A stretch of 64,000 nucleotides of DNA from Patescibacteria group bacterium (GCA_041651155.1 JBAZJU010000004.1:39427-103426); one strand, 5' to 3'; shown: positions 25,564-34,915, counted from the first letter of the stretch. Translations and numbers: made by a program. The notes: generated from the letters alone by a model not told the origin.

Positions 25564-27504
25564 ATGGCCATACCAATTACACCAGAGACACAAACAGAGC
25601 TGAGACCAGCGCCTGCTCAGCTTTCAAAAAAAGAACAGCAAGCAGCGATTAAAGCCGAAGCAATTACCCTGGAAGAAGAAAGGCTTTTTCGCCAAGGTTT
25701 GATAGAGATTAAAGATTTGATTGCGCCGGCGGCTTTGGAAGTAAAACCGACTTATATGCTTTTGGGTGATCTTTTTGTCAGAACACTTTTTGTTTTAAAT
25801 TATCCGCGTTATATCTCTGTAGGCTGGTTTACGCCGATTATCAACCTGAGCAAAACCTTGGATGTCGCCATGTTTTTTTATCCTGTCAGGTCAGATATTA
25901 TTCTGAAGCAATTAAAAAAGAGAGTGGGAAATCTGGAGGCACAGCTCATGTCGGATATTGAAAAAGGCGCGCCTCGCGATCCAATTTTGGAAACAGCTTT
26001 GCGTGATATTGAAAAATTACGGGACGATCTGACTCAGGGCACTGAAAAATTTTTCCAATTTGCCCTGTATGCCACGCTTTATGCCAATACCTTGGAAGAA
26101 TTAGATGAATTAACAGCAGAAATTGAAGCGATTTTGGGAGGCAAGCTGATTTATAGCAAACGAGTTTTTTACCAATCAGAACAAGGCTTTAATTCAACCT
26201 TGCCTTTGGCTGAGGATGAATTAATGGTCTCATTTAATATGAATACTTCGCCCGTTGCCTCTTCATTCCCCTTTATTTCTTCAGAATTAACTTCAGACGA
26301 CGGAATTTTATACGGCATCAACCGGCATAATAACAGCTTAATACTTTTTGACAGATTTTCTTTGCAGAATGCTAATTTTGTGGTGTTTGCGACTTCGGGC
26401 GCAGGTAAAAGTTATACCATCAAGCTGGAAGTTTTGCGCAGCCTGATGTTGGGCGTTGACATAATAATTATTGATCCTGAAAGAGAATACCTGCATCTGG
26501 CAGAGGCAGTTGGCGGCACTTATGTGGATATTTCTTTAGCCTCAAAAAATAAAATTAATCCATTTGACTTGCCCAGAGCAATTGGCGATGCAAGTACTGA
26601 AGATATTATCCGCAGCGCGGTTATTACCTTGAAAGGCTTATTGCGCTTGATGCTGGGGAATTTGACTGTGGAGGAGGATTCTATTTTAGATCGGGCTTTG
26701 ATTGAAACTTATGCAAGCAAAGATATAACCCCGCAGTCAGATTTGTCTGTCGCCGAAGCGCCAGTGATGCAGGATTTGCAGAGTATTTTGGAAGGCATGG
26801 AGGGTGCAAAAACATTAAGTCTGAGATTAAAAAAATATACTGATGGCACATTTGCGGGCTTGTTTAACCAGCCAACCAATGTGGATATGCATAATCAGCT
26901 TGTGGTTTTTAGCGTCCGAGATTTGGAAGACGAACTCAGGCCGATTGCAATTTATAGCATTATAAATTATATCTGGAATGTGGTGCGTTCAGAAATTAAA
27001 AAAAGGGTATTAGTTATTGATGAAGCCTGGTGGCTGATGACTCATGAGGATTCAGCAAAATTTATTTATGCCTTGGTTAAGCGCTGCCGCAAGTATTATC
27101 TCGGCGTGACTACGATTACGCAGGACGTGAATGACTTTTTAAATAATCCGTATGGCAAGGCCATTGTGACAAACTCAGCTCTGCAGCTGCTTTTAAAACA
27201 ATCGCCTGCAGCTATTGATACGATTCAGGATATATTTTTGTTGACTCAGGGTGAAAAGTATTTGCTGATGGAAGGCGGCGTAGGCGAGGGCATCTTTTTT
27301 GCAGGCAATAAGCATGCGGCCATCAAAGTAGTCGCCTCATACAATGAAGACCAGCTAATAACCAGCGATCCCAAGCAGCTTTTAGAAATAGAAGCGGCTA
27401 AGCGAGAATTTGAAGAACAGACAAAAACTCCAGAGGCAGGATCCAAAAAACAATTAGTCCCGCCCAGAAAAAGAGAAGGCAGTTTTGAGGAGATGACAAT
27501 TTAA
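25564..27504 (+). CDS. virB4: VirB4/TrbE-family type IV secretion ATPase (C-terminal two-thirds)
   Basis: Walker A FATSGAGKSY, Walker B VLVIDEAWWLM, and the conserved VirB4 mid-region (YPRYISVGWFTPIINL). Confidence 0.8.
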   Translation: MAIPITPETQTELRPAPAQLSKKEQQAAIKAEAITLEEERLFRQGLIEIKDLIAPAALEVKPTYMLLGDLFVRTLFVLNYPRYISVGWFTPIINLSKTLDVAMFFYPVRSDIILKQLKKRVGNLEAQLMSDIEKGAPRDPILETALRDIEKLRDDLTQGTEKFFQFALYATLYANTLEELDELTAEIEAILGGKLIYSKRVFYQSEQGFNSTLPLAEDELMVSFNMNTSPVASSFPFISSELTSDDGILYGINRHNNSLILFDRFSLQNANFVVFATSGAGKSYTIKLEVLRSLMLGVDIIIIDPEREYLHLAEAVGGTYVDISLASKNKINPFDLPRAIGDASTEDIIRSAVITLKGLLRLMLGNLTVEEDSILDRALIETYASKDITPQSDLSVAEAPVMQDLQSILEGMEGAKTLSLRLKKYTDGTFAGLFNQPTNVDMHNQLVVFSVRDLEDELRPIAIYSIINYIWNVVRSEIKKRVLVIDEAWWLMTHEDSAKFIYALVKRCRKYYLGVTTITQDVNDFLNNPYGKAIVTNSALQLLLKQSPAAIDTIQDIFLLTQGEKYLLMEGGVGEGIFFAGNKHAAIKVVASYNEDQLITSDPKQLLEIEAAKREFEEQTKTPEAGSKKQLVPPRKREGSFEEMTI

Positions 27505-27534
27505 AACTATTTTAAAAAAATAAATAAATTCATT

Positions 27535-28173
27535 ATGGCAATCAGAGATGAATTAACAAAAAGAAAAAAAGTAATCTGGCTTATTATTATTTTATTATTA
27601 ATTTTAATTATTGGCGCGATAGTCTATCTGCTGTTGATTTATTTTAAAGTGCCTATTTTAAATAATAATACCAGCCCTAATCTTAACCAGGTTCCAGTCC
27701 AGCCCGGGGCTGCGCAGCCTATTTTTAATACTCCAAATACCGGAGTGACAGCGGAAATCCAGGAATTAAATAACACTGTTCCAGTTAATACGGACCAGCA
27801 AAATGTCATATTTATTGCTTCTTCATTTGCAGAAAGATTCGGCACATATTCAAATCAGGGTAATTATAAAAATTTTGATGAATTGGGCTCTCTGATTACG
27901 GCCAGCATGCAAACTTGGCTCACTCAGTATAAAGCGCAATTAGAAAAAGAAAATCCAGATATTAGTAGCTATTATGCTCTGGAAACAAAAGCTATTTCAA
28001 CTCAGGTCAGAAGTTTAAACTCAACAACTGGCCAGGGAGAAATTCTGGTTAAAACTCAAAGGCAGGAATTTAAAAATTCTACCTCCAATCCTCGCGTATT
28101 TTATCAGGATATACTTTTAAAATTAGTAAATGTTAATAATGTCTGGAAAGTAAACGGAGCATATTGGCAATAG
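27535..28173 (+). CDS. N-terminally anchored protein with NTF2-like C-terminal domain (VirB8-like candidate)
   Basis: Single N-terminal TM helix, ~150-aa soluble domain ending VWKVNGAYWQ. The position in the T4SS-like locus supports the call. Confidence 0.3.
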   Translation: MAIRDELTKRKKVIWLIIILLLILIIGAIVYLLLIYFKVPILNNNTSPNLNQVPVQPGAAQPIFNTPNTGVTAEIQELNNTVPVNTDQQNVIFIASSFAERFGTYSNQGNYKNFDELGSLITASMQTWLTQYKAQLEKENPDISSYYALETKAISTQVRSLNSTTGQGEILVKTQRQEFKNSTSNPRVFYQDILLKLVNVNNVWKVNGAYWQ

Positions 28174-28210
28174 CCTGGATATTGGAAATAAGAAATACGA
28201 AATTAGGATT

Positions 28211-28933
28211 ATGGAATTTAAAAAAATTAAGAATTTTATCCTGGATTTATTTTTTCCTAAAGAATGTTTTGGCTGCGGGGAGGAAGGCTTATATTTATGC
28301 CATCAATGTTTGGGGAAAATTGATTTAAATAAAAGATATTATTGCGCCTTGTGCAAAGCTGAAAGCCGGCAATCGCTTATCTGTCCGAATTGCAGGACAG
28401 GCAGTTCACTTTTAGCTGTCTGGGTGGCAACAGATTATAATAACAAAATTTTACAGGATCTAATCCATCATTTAAAATATAATTATCTGGAAGAATTGGC
28501 AGAAGATTTAGCTAATTTAGCCATCAGCTATTTGGAGACAAATAATATTTTAAATACATTTGAGCTGAATCAAGCTAATACAATAATTGTGCCGGTACCT
28601 TTGCACAAAAAGCGTTTTTTAAGCCGAGGCTTTAATCAGAGTGAATTATTAACAAAAAAAATAGGCAATTATTTCCGGTTTTCTAATAAGGGATTAATTA
28701 CTAGAAATATAAATACGCCCAGTCAGATTAATTTGAAGAGAATTGACAGGCAGGCTAATGTAAGAGACGTTTTTTCTTTAATAACTATAAAAGATTGTGA
28801 TAAAAATAAAAAAATCATCCTAATTGATGATGTAATTACCACAGGGAGTACATTAAATGAGTGCGCAAAAATTTTAAGCGAGCATGGCTTTAAAGAAATT
28901 TACGGTTTAGTAATTGCCCAGAGAGAAGATTAA
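28211..28933 (+). CDS. comFC: ComF-family protein (zinc-finger plus phosphoribosyltransferase domain), ComFC-like
   Basis: N-terminal CxxC...CxxC...CxxC cluster and C-terminal PRTase motif IILIDDVITTGSTL. Confidence 0.75.
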   Translation: MEFKKIKNFILDLFFPKECFGCGEEGLYLCHQCLGKIDLNKRYYCALCKAESRQSLICPNCRTGSSLLAVWVATDYNNKILQDLIHHLKYNYLEELAEDLANLAISYLETNNILNTFELNQANTIIVPVPLHKKRFLSRGFNQSELLTKKIGNYFRFSNKGLITRNINTPSQINLKRIDRQANVRDVFSLITIKDCDKNKKIILIDDVITTGSTLNECAKILSEHGFKEIYGLVIAQRED

Positions 28934-29141
28934 TAAGGAAATCACTATTAAGCTATTAAGCGGATCAAAATCCGCCGAAGCCCGACTCAGAAAATTTTTA
29001 TTTAAAGCCTTCCCTCTAAAACTATAGAGGGCGAAGGCGGAGCCCAGATGCAAGTTTGTGTATTTCATCGGTAAAGCCGTATAAATAATATTGATAAATA
29101 TTTTACGGTTGAATTATAAATTACACAGACTTGCATCTGGG

Positions 29142-29228
29142 CGGAGAGGGTAGGATTCGAACCCACGGCCCCGTAAACGGGGCTCCGGTTTTCAAGACCG
29201 GTGCATTCGACCGCTCTGCCACCTCTCC
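29142..29228 (-). tRNA. tRNA-Ser (anticodon TGA), type II with long variable arm
   Basis: Manual fold: acceptor GGAGAGG/CCTCTCC, 3-bp D stem, anticodon loop CTTGAAA, long variable arm, T-arm GTGGG-TTCGAAT-CCTAC. No CCA encoded. Confidence 0.8.
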
Positions 29229-29391
29229 ATATTTTATAACTATAACAAATAACTATATTATCGCCCAGCTACAAGTTTATGTGAAGGACGGAGACCCGAT
29301 AAAAGTTTATGAATTTTGTTGTTCAAATCCGTTAAATAACCATTTATTATTAAATCAGTTGCAGATATTTATTCACAGACTTTTATCGGGT

Positions 29392-29482
29392 CGGAGAGGG
29401 AGGGATTCGAACCCTCGCGCCGGGAAAACCCCGACCTACAGGTTTAGCAAACCCGCCCCTTCAGCCTCTTGGGTACCTCTCC
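29392..29482 (-). tRNA. tRNA-Ser (anticodon GCT), type II
   Basis: Acceptor GGAGAGG/CCTCTCC, anticodon stem CGGGT/ACCTG with loop TTGCTAA, long variable arm, T-arm GAGGG-TTCGAAT-CCCTC. Confidence 0.8.
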
Positions 29483-29587
29483 AAAAGCGCTTTGCTTTCT
29501 CTTATCTTAGCAGAAAAAAATAAGAGTGTCAAAAGTTTATTACCTGAATATAATCCCTTAAATCTTAAATTATTTTAGACAAAAAAT

Positions 29588-30109
29588 ATGGCAGCTGAAA
29601 TATCCAATGATAATAATGAATTACAACCGCAAGATAATGATTTTGGCGAGGTTTTATTCCAGTGGACAATTCCAGAATATATTGCCCACGAACGAAGCTT
29701 AATTTGGTATTTAATAATGATAGGTTTGGCTTTGATTTTGATTATTTATAGCATTTTTACAGCTAATTTCCTATTCGCCCTGATTATTATTGTGGCGATT
29801 TTTATTGTCTTTTTAAAAAGCTATTCTCAGCCTAAAGAATTAACATTTCAAATTACTGATCAAGGCCTGATTTTGGGCACACAATTTTTCCCATATAGCA
29901 GAATAAATAAATTCTACATTATTTACAAACCGCCAACAGTAAAAAAGATATTTTTTGATTTAAAGGGATTATCGCCAGACTTGTCGGTTTGGCTGGATGA
30001 AATGAATCCACTAGAGGTCAGAGAAACGCTTTTAGAATTTTTGCAGGAAGATTTGGAAAAAGAACGCCAGACTATTGATGATATTCTGGATACCCTTTTA
30101 AAGTTGTAA
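29588..30109 (+). CDS. Hypothetical membrane protein
   Basis: 173 aa with two central TM helices; no recognisable family. Confidence 0.45.
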   Translation: MAAEISNDNNELQPQDNDFGEVLFQWTIPEYIAHERSLIWYLIMIGLALILIIYSIFTANFLFALIIIVAIFIVFLKSYSQPKELTFQITDQGLILGTQFFPYSRINKFYIIYKPPTVKKIFFDLKGLSPDLSVWLDEMNPLEVRETLLEFLQEDLEKERQTIDDILDTLLKL

Positions 30110-30138
30110 ATTTTATGAAAATAGTTTATACTTTTTAA

Positions 30139-30156
30139 GGAGATATTCGTATCTCC
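30139..30156 (+). terminator. Perfect hairpin ggagata-ttcg-tatctcc after the 29588 ORF
   Basis: 7-bp stem, TTCG loop, followed by ttatt. Confidence 0.4.
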
Positions 30157-30168
30157 TTATTAGTTTAA

Positions 30169-30281
30169 GTCCTCGGATAGATGTAAGTTTATGTAAAATT
30201 TAAAATTAATGTCCCCGACCAGATAAAAGTTCGTGTATAAATTTTAATAATTGAGTCCTCGGACAGATAAAAGCTTATGTG
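30169..30281 (+). repeat. Three ~27-bp imperfect direct repeats (gtcctcggaYagatRWaagYttatgtR) with 15-17-bp spacers; an inverted fourth copy lies at 30338-30362
   Basis: Repeat 1 at 30169-30195, repeat 2 at 30211-30237, repeat 3 at 30255-30281. They are related to the trailers of both tRNA-Ser genes. Confidence 0.5.
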
Positions 30282-30366
30282 TTAGCACGTTAAACCAATT
30301 ACATTCTTCGTACACCAATAAAGGTTATTTCGACAAATACACAAGCTTTTATCTGTCCTCGTAGTT

Positions 30367-30401
30367 TCCACCTTCGCCCCGCGTTGCGGGGCTACGGTGG
30401 A
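30367..30401 (-). repeat. REP-like structured palindromic element, instance 2 (tccacc-TTCG-ccccgc-gtt-gcgggg-CTAC-ggtgga)
   Basis: Outer and inner stems covary relative to the other instances. Confidence 0.5.
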
Positions 30402-30430
30402 CGGGCAATGGATTTTATATTTTAAATTAA

Positions 30431-30502
30431 GTCCTCGTAGTTCAATGGATAGAACGCAAGATTGCGGATCTTGTGATCTAGGTTCGATTCCTAGCGGGGG
30501 CA
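30431..30502 (+). tRNA. tRNA-Arg (anticodon GCG)
   Basis: Acceptor GTCCTCG/CGGGGGC (two G-U pairs), D stem GTTC/GAAC, anticodon stem CAAGA/TCTTG with loop TTGCGGA, T-arm CTAGG-TTCGATT-CCTAG. Confidence 0.6.
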
Positions 30503-30555
30503 CAGGTTCTCAGCCAAAGGCCTGGCCTTGGCCAAGACAGGCTGATTCGCCTCTG

Positions 30556-30576
30556 GCGGAGATTCCTAGCGGGGCA
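30556..30576 (+). repeat. Direct duplicate of the tRNA-Arg 3' end (gattcctagcggggcaca), possible integration-site scar
   Basis: Near-identical to tRNA positions 30484-30503. The tRNA 5' end gtcctcgtag is also duplicated at 30353-30364. Confidence 0.45.
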
Positions 30577-30629
30577 CAATTATAATTAAAAATTCAAAGT
30601 GCGAAATTCAAAATTAAGGTTAATTTAAA

Positions 30630-32696
30630 ATGTATTCTTTGGAAACGCCAATTGAAGAGTTAACTCGAGTTGGGAAAGCGACGGCCGGCAGATTAAATCG
30701 GTTAGGGCTAAAGACAGTGAATGATCTATTGTACTATTGGCCGTTTCGCTATGAGGATTTTAGCCGCCTTATCGCTATCAAAGATTTACAGCCCAACCAG
30801 ATAGTGACAATTAAGGGCAAAATTGTTTTAATTGAAAACAGGAAAAGCCACAGGAAAAGAATGACCATAACAGAAGCTTTAATTGAGGATGAGACAGGTT
30901 CAATTAAAGTTGTCTGGTTCAACCAGCCTTATTTAATAAAAAATTTAAGAGCAGGCGAGGAAGTTTTTATTGCCGGCACGACTGAAATAAAAAACATGTC
31001 ATTGCAGTTTACTTCGCCGGCTTATGAAAAAATTTCTGATCGAGCGAGTATAAATACTGCAAAAATTGTCCCTGTTTATCCTTTAACCAGTAATTTAACT
31101 CAAAAACAATTGCGTTTTTTAATTAGTCTAATTTTAAATTCCACTAAGTTAATTACAGATTGGCTGCCAAATGAAATTAAAGAAAAATATAAATTGTTGA
31201 GTTTAAACTTAGCTTTAAACGAAATACATTTTCCTAAAAATTTGGAAACAATGGAACAGGCTCGTTATCGCCTTAAATTTGACGAGCTTTTTTTAATTGC
31301 CTTGCAAACCCAGCTTTTAAGGAAATTTTTAACACAAAATCCTGCTCCGGCCATTAAATTCCATGAGGCTAAAATTAAAAGTTTTGTAGATTCTTTGCCT
31401 TATGAATTAACAAATGATCAGAGAAAGGCTGCCTGGCAGATCATGATTGATTTAGCCAAAACCAAACCAATGAATCGTCTTTTGGAAGGCGATGTTGGTT
31501 CGGGCAAGACCGTTGTTTCTGCACTGGCAATATTAGATACTGTCTTGAATGGTTATCAGGCTGTTTTAATGGCGCCGACAGAAATTTTAGCCAGGCAGCA
31601 TTTTAATTCTCTAAGCAAATTTTTTCATAATTTTGCTATTAAAATAGCGCTCTTGACCCACAGTGAAAAGCTGGTAAATAATGATGAAAATTTAGAAAAA
31701 AACGAAGTCTTAAAAAAAATTAAAAATGGAGAAATAGATTTGATTATTGGTACGCATGCCCTGATCCAAGACTCAGTTGCCTATAAAAAAATCGGGCTGA
31801 TTGTAGTTGATGAGCAGCATCGTTTTGGCGTAGAACAGAGGAAAAAATTAAAAGATAAAAATAAAAATAAAAAATTGCCGCATTTTCTGTCAATGACTGC
31901 CACTCCTATCCCAAGATCACTAGCCTTAATTTTATACGGTGACTTAGACTTATCAATGATTAAAGAAATGCCCAAGGGCAGGAAAAAGATTATTACCAAG
32001 ATAATTGCTGAAAAAGAGCGGTCAAACGCTTATCAGTTTATCAAAGAGGAAATAGCTGCCCGCCGCCAGGTTTTTGTCATTTGTCCGCTGATAGATCCTT
32101 CGGATAAATTGGGAGTCAAATCAGTAACTGAAGAATTTAAAAAGCTTGATAAAGTAATTTTTCCTGATTTAAAAATTGGTTTGCTGCACGGCAAATTAAA
32201 AGCTAATGAAAAAGAAGAAATAATGAGAGAATTTAAAGACAATAAAATAAAAATTTTGGTTTCCACTTCTGTGATAGAGGTTGGGATTGATATTCCCAAT
32301 GCCACGATAATGATGATTGAAGGCGCTGATCGTTTTGGCTTAGCACAGCTGCATCAGTTTCGTGGCAGGGTTGGCAGGGGAGAACATCAGTCATCTTGTT
32401 TCCTGTTTACGGAAAATAATTCTCCCAAAACTCGGGAAAGACTGTCTGCCCTAACTCAATCAAATGACGGGTTCGCCTTAGCAGAATATGATCTTAAATT
32501 CCGCGGGCCTGGCGAAGTTTATGGTACGAGGCAATCAGGCCTGCCTGATATGCGGCTGGCAACTTTAAATGATTTAGACTTGATAGATCTGACGAAAAAA
32601 GTGGCTCAGGAATTTTTAGAAAAAAATAATTTAGATAATCATTCTTTGCTTAAGCTCAAATTGGAAGAAGGGAAAATGATGAATCATTTGGAATAG
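30630..32696 (+). CDS. recG: ATP-dependent DNA helicase RecG
   Basis: N-terminal wedge/OB region, helicase motifs GDVGSGKT and DEQHRFG, 688 aa. Confidence 0.85.
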   Translation: MYSLETPIEELTRVGKATAGRLNRLGLKTVNDLLYYWPFRYEDFSRLIAIKDLQPNQIVTIKGKIVLIENRKSHRKRMTITEALIEDETGSIKVVWFNQPYLIKNLRAGEEVFIAGTTEIKNMSLQFTSPAYEKISDRASINTAKIVPVYPLTSNLTQKQLRFLISLILNSTKLITDWLPNEIKEKYKLLSLNLALNEIHFPKNLETMEQARYRLKFDELFLIALQTQLLRKFLTQNPAPAIKFHEAKIKSFVDSLPYELTNDQRKAAWQIMIDLAKTKPMNRLLEGDVGSGKTVVSALAILDTVLNGYQAVLMAPTEILARQHFNSLSKFFHNFAIKIALLTHSEKLVNNDENLEKNEVLKKIKNGEIDLIIGTHALIQDSVAYKKIGLIVVDEQHRFGVEQRKKLKDKNKNKKLPHFLSMTATPIPRSLALILYGDLDLSMIKEMPKGRKKIITKIIAEKERSNAYQFIKEEIAARRQVFVICPLIDPSDKLGVKSVTEEFKKLDKVIFPDLKIGLLHGKLKANEKEEIMREFKDNKIKILVSTSVIEVGIDIPNATIMMIEGADRFGLAQLHQFRGRVGRGEHQSSCFLFTENNSPKTRERLSALTQSNDGFALAEYDLKFRGPGEVYGTRQSGLPDMRLATLNDLDLIDLTKKVAQEFLEKNNLDNHSLLKLKLEEGKMMNHLE

Positions 32697-32714
32697 ATTA
32701 TAAATCAAAAATAA

Positions 32715-32754
32715 AACCGAAGAGGCGATTGGCCAATCGCCTCTTCGGTTTTTT
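32715..32754. terminator. Bidirectional intrinsic terminator between recG and the convergent glycosylase gene
   Basis: ccgaagaggcgattgg/ccaatcgcctcttcgg 16-bp perfect stem flanked by A-run and T6. Confidence 0.7.
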
Positions 32755-32761
32755 AAGGCAA

Positions 32762-33391
32762 CTATTTTTTAGAGATAAATTCACTATTTTTTAAATAGTA
32801 CCGCCACAACTTATCTTTGTATTTGCCTGCGTAATCAACGCCAATTCTTTTGGCGCTTTTTATCTGAGAAGAATTGGTTTTAAGAGGATTTTCAGCTAAA
32901 AATAGTTTTTTGCTATTAATTAAATTTTCGCCATTTAATTTTTTATCAATTTTCAGCGCGCGACAGAGTTTGCCTGGGCCGTTGGTTAAAGAATTCTGAA
33001 TTCTGAATTCCGAATTATTAAATTTGGTTTTTATTTTGTAGTTCAGGGCGGCCTGTTTAAATCCAGAAATTGGTTGTATAGCGCGGATTAAGATCGCGGC
33101 CGGGAATTCCTTGGCTTCAGTCACTATATTAAAGCAGTAATACATGCCATAAATTAAATATATGTAAGCAGTTCCGGCTGGTCCAAACATTATTTTGGTA
33201 CGTTCTGTTTTGCCGCGTGAAGCATGTGAGGCAAGATCTTTGGACCCGTAATATGCTTCAGTTTCCACAATTTTACCAATTAAAATTTTTGAACCAATTT
33301 TCCTGACAATAAATTTGCCAAGGAGCGACTTGGCAAGTTTAAAAGTGTTTTGGTGATAAAATTTTGCTGGCAAGCGTTTTAATTTTGACAT
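32762..33391 (-). CDS. DNA-3-methyladenine glycosylase (Mpg/AAG family)
   Basis: GPAGTAYIYLIYGMYYCFN and GPGKLCRAL motifs. Start trimmed to the ATG at 33391, since the track ORF extends through an upstream hairpin. Confidence 0.75.
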   Translation of the reverse strand: MSKLKRLPAKFYHQNTFKLAKSLLGKFIVRKIGSKILIGKIVETEAYYGSKDLASHASRGKTERTKIMFGPAGTAYIYLIYGMYYCFNIVTEAKEFPAAILIRAIQPISGFKQAALNYKIKTKFNNSEFRIQNSLTNGPGKLCRALKIDKKLNGENLINSKKLFLAENPLKTNSSQIKSAKRIGVDYAGKYKDKLWRYYLKNSEFISKK

Positions 33392-33403
33392 ACCAAATAG
33401 GGT

Positions 33404-33441
33404 AATAAGAGGTTCGGCCTCCAATTTGGAGGCCGAACCTC
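33404..33441. repeat. Conserved palindromic hairpin repeat aagaggttcgGcctccaaattggaggccgaacctctt (copy 1)
   Basis: Perfect 16-bp stem. A near-identical copy lies at 45649-45686 after murI. Confidence 0.55.
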
Positions 33442-33468
33442 TTAACAAATCGCGCCTGTGTATAATGG

Positions 33469-34803
33469 TTAAAGTATTTTTTTTATAGCTTCTTCCAGGC
33501 TTTTAACCATTGTTACTTTTTTATCTGTTTTAAAAACAGGCGTAATAATATTTTTAAAATTCATTTTTTGCGCTTCTTCAATTCTTTTTTCCATTTGAGA
33601 AACTGGCCGAATTTCCCCGCCTAACCCGACTTCGCCAATTATTAAAGTATCAGGTTTAATAATTTTGTCTTTAAATGAGGAAATAATTGCCAGACAAACT
33701 GCCAAATCAGCGCCAGTTTCAATAATTTTAAGTCCGCCTGTAACATTCAGATGCACGTCTTGGTTGACCAAGGGAATATTGGCTCTTTTGATTAAGACCG
33801 CAATTAACATCTGCAAGCGATTCAAATCAAAACCCGAGGTTTTTCTTTGCGGATAGCCAAACAGGGTTTTACTGGATAATGCTTGAACTTCAATTAAAAA
33901 TGGCCTGACGCCTTCCATAATGCAGGTTAGACTAGAGCCAGAAATTGATTCCTGGTTATGAGGCAAAAAAAGTTCAGAAGGATTTTTTACTTCCAAAAGT
34001 CCAGTGCCAGTCATGCTAAAGACGCCGAGTTCATTTGTTGAACCAAAGCGATTTTTAGCGCAGCGCAAGAGCCGAAAATCATTCTGGCTGGAACCTTCCA
34101 AATACATAACAGCATCAACCAGATGTTCTAATGATTTTGGGCCGGCAACCAGGCCGTCTTTGGTTACATGGCCAATGATTAAAATTGGGATATTGAATTT
34201 TTTAGCAATTTCCAAAAGTTTTACAGTACAAATTCGTACCTGGTTAATTGAACCGGCTTCTGAGGGCAGTTCCGTGGAATATAAAGTTTGAATGGAGTCA
34301 ATAATTAACAGACTGGGTTTTTCTTCAATGGCAAAAGCCACAATTTTTTCCATGTTATTTTCACCCAGGAATTTTAAATTTGAAAAATCAAGATTCAAGC
34401 GATCAATTCTCATTTTAATCTGAGAGGCTGATTCCTCGCCTGAGACATATAAAATAGGGGACTTAATTTTATCGCAAATCTGCAAGACCAGAGTTGATTT
34501 GCCAATGCCTGGTTCGCCGCCGAGTAAAATTAAGGAGCCGACAACAATCCCGCCGCCTAGTACCCGGTCAAATTCAGAGACCTGAGTTTGCAATCGGGCT
34601 TGGCTCGGCGGCGGCGTTTTTTGAAAATCAATCAGCTGGTTTTTATCAACTTTGGTTATTGTAGATTGGAGATTTGAGATTGGGGATGAGATTTCTTCAC
34701 TTACAGTGCCCCAAGAGCCACAAGTAGTACAACGCCCAGTCCACTTGGGGAATTGGGCGCCACACTTTGAGCAGGTGAAGATGGTTTGAGGTTGTTTGGG
34801 CAT
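33469..34803 (-). CDS. radA: DNA repair protein RadA/Sms
   Basis: N-terminal C4 zinc finger (CSKCGAQF...CTTCGSW), Walker A GEPGIGKST, KNRFG motif, Lon-like C-terminal domain. Confidence 0.9.
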   Translation of the reverse strand: MPKQPQTIFTCSKCGAQFPKWTGRCTTCGSWGTVSEEISSPISNLQSTITKVDKNQLIDFQKTPPPSQARLQTQVSEFDRVLGGGIVVGSLILLGGEPGIGKSTLVLQICDKIKSPILYVSGEESASQIKMRIDRLNLDFSNLKFLGENNMEKIVAFAIEEKPSLLIIDSIQTLYSTELPSEAGSINQVRICTVKLLEIAKKFNIPILIIGHVTKDGLVAGPKSLEHLVDAVMYLEGSSQNDFRLLRCAKNRFGSTNELGVFSMTGTGLLEVKNPSELFLPHNQESISGSSLTCIMEGVRPFLIEVQALSSKTLFGYPQRKTSGFDLNRLQMLIAVLIKRANIPLVNQDVHLNVTGGLKIIETGADLAVCLAIISSFKDKIIKPDTLIIGEVGLGGEIRPVSQMEKRIEEAQKMNFKNIITPVFKTDKKVTMVKSLEEAIKKIL

Positions 34804-34915
34804 AACGGGCTTTCATTGATCGGACGCTTTAGTAGTGTCCGATGGCTATCTTCGACACTAAAGTGTCAAAGAGAGGAGGTGATATCTTTATCTTAACAAA
34901 TTCCCTTAAAAAAGA

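Noticed and set aside
29131-29523. 130-aa plus-strand ORF spanning both tRNA-Ser genes
   Set aside because: Its translation (GIRTHG, GFEPSR) is the typical artefact of reading through tRNA T-arms. It has no RBS and it overlaps two well-folded tRNAs.
30169-30281. Possible CRISPR array
   Set aside because: Only three degenerate 27-bp repeats with 15-17-bp spacers and no cas genes in the window.
30282-30585. ORFs 30282-30503 (minus) and 30397-30585 (plus) over tRNA-Arg and the repeat region
   Set aside because: The MPPLGIEPRS-type translation is a tRNA artefact, and the region is explained by the tRNA plus repeats.
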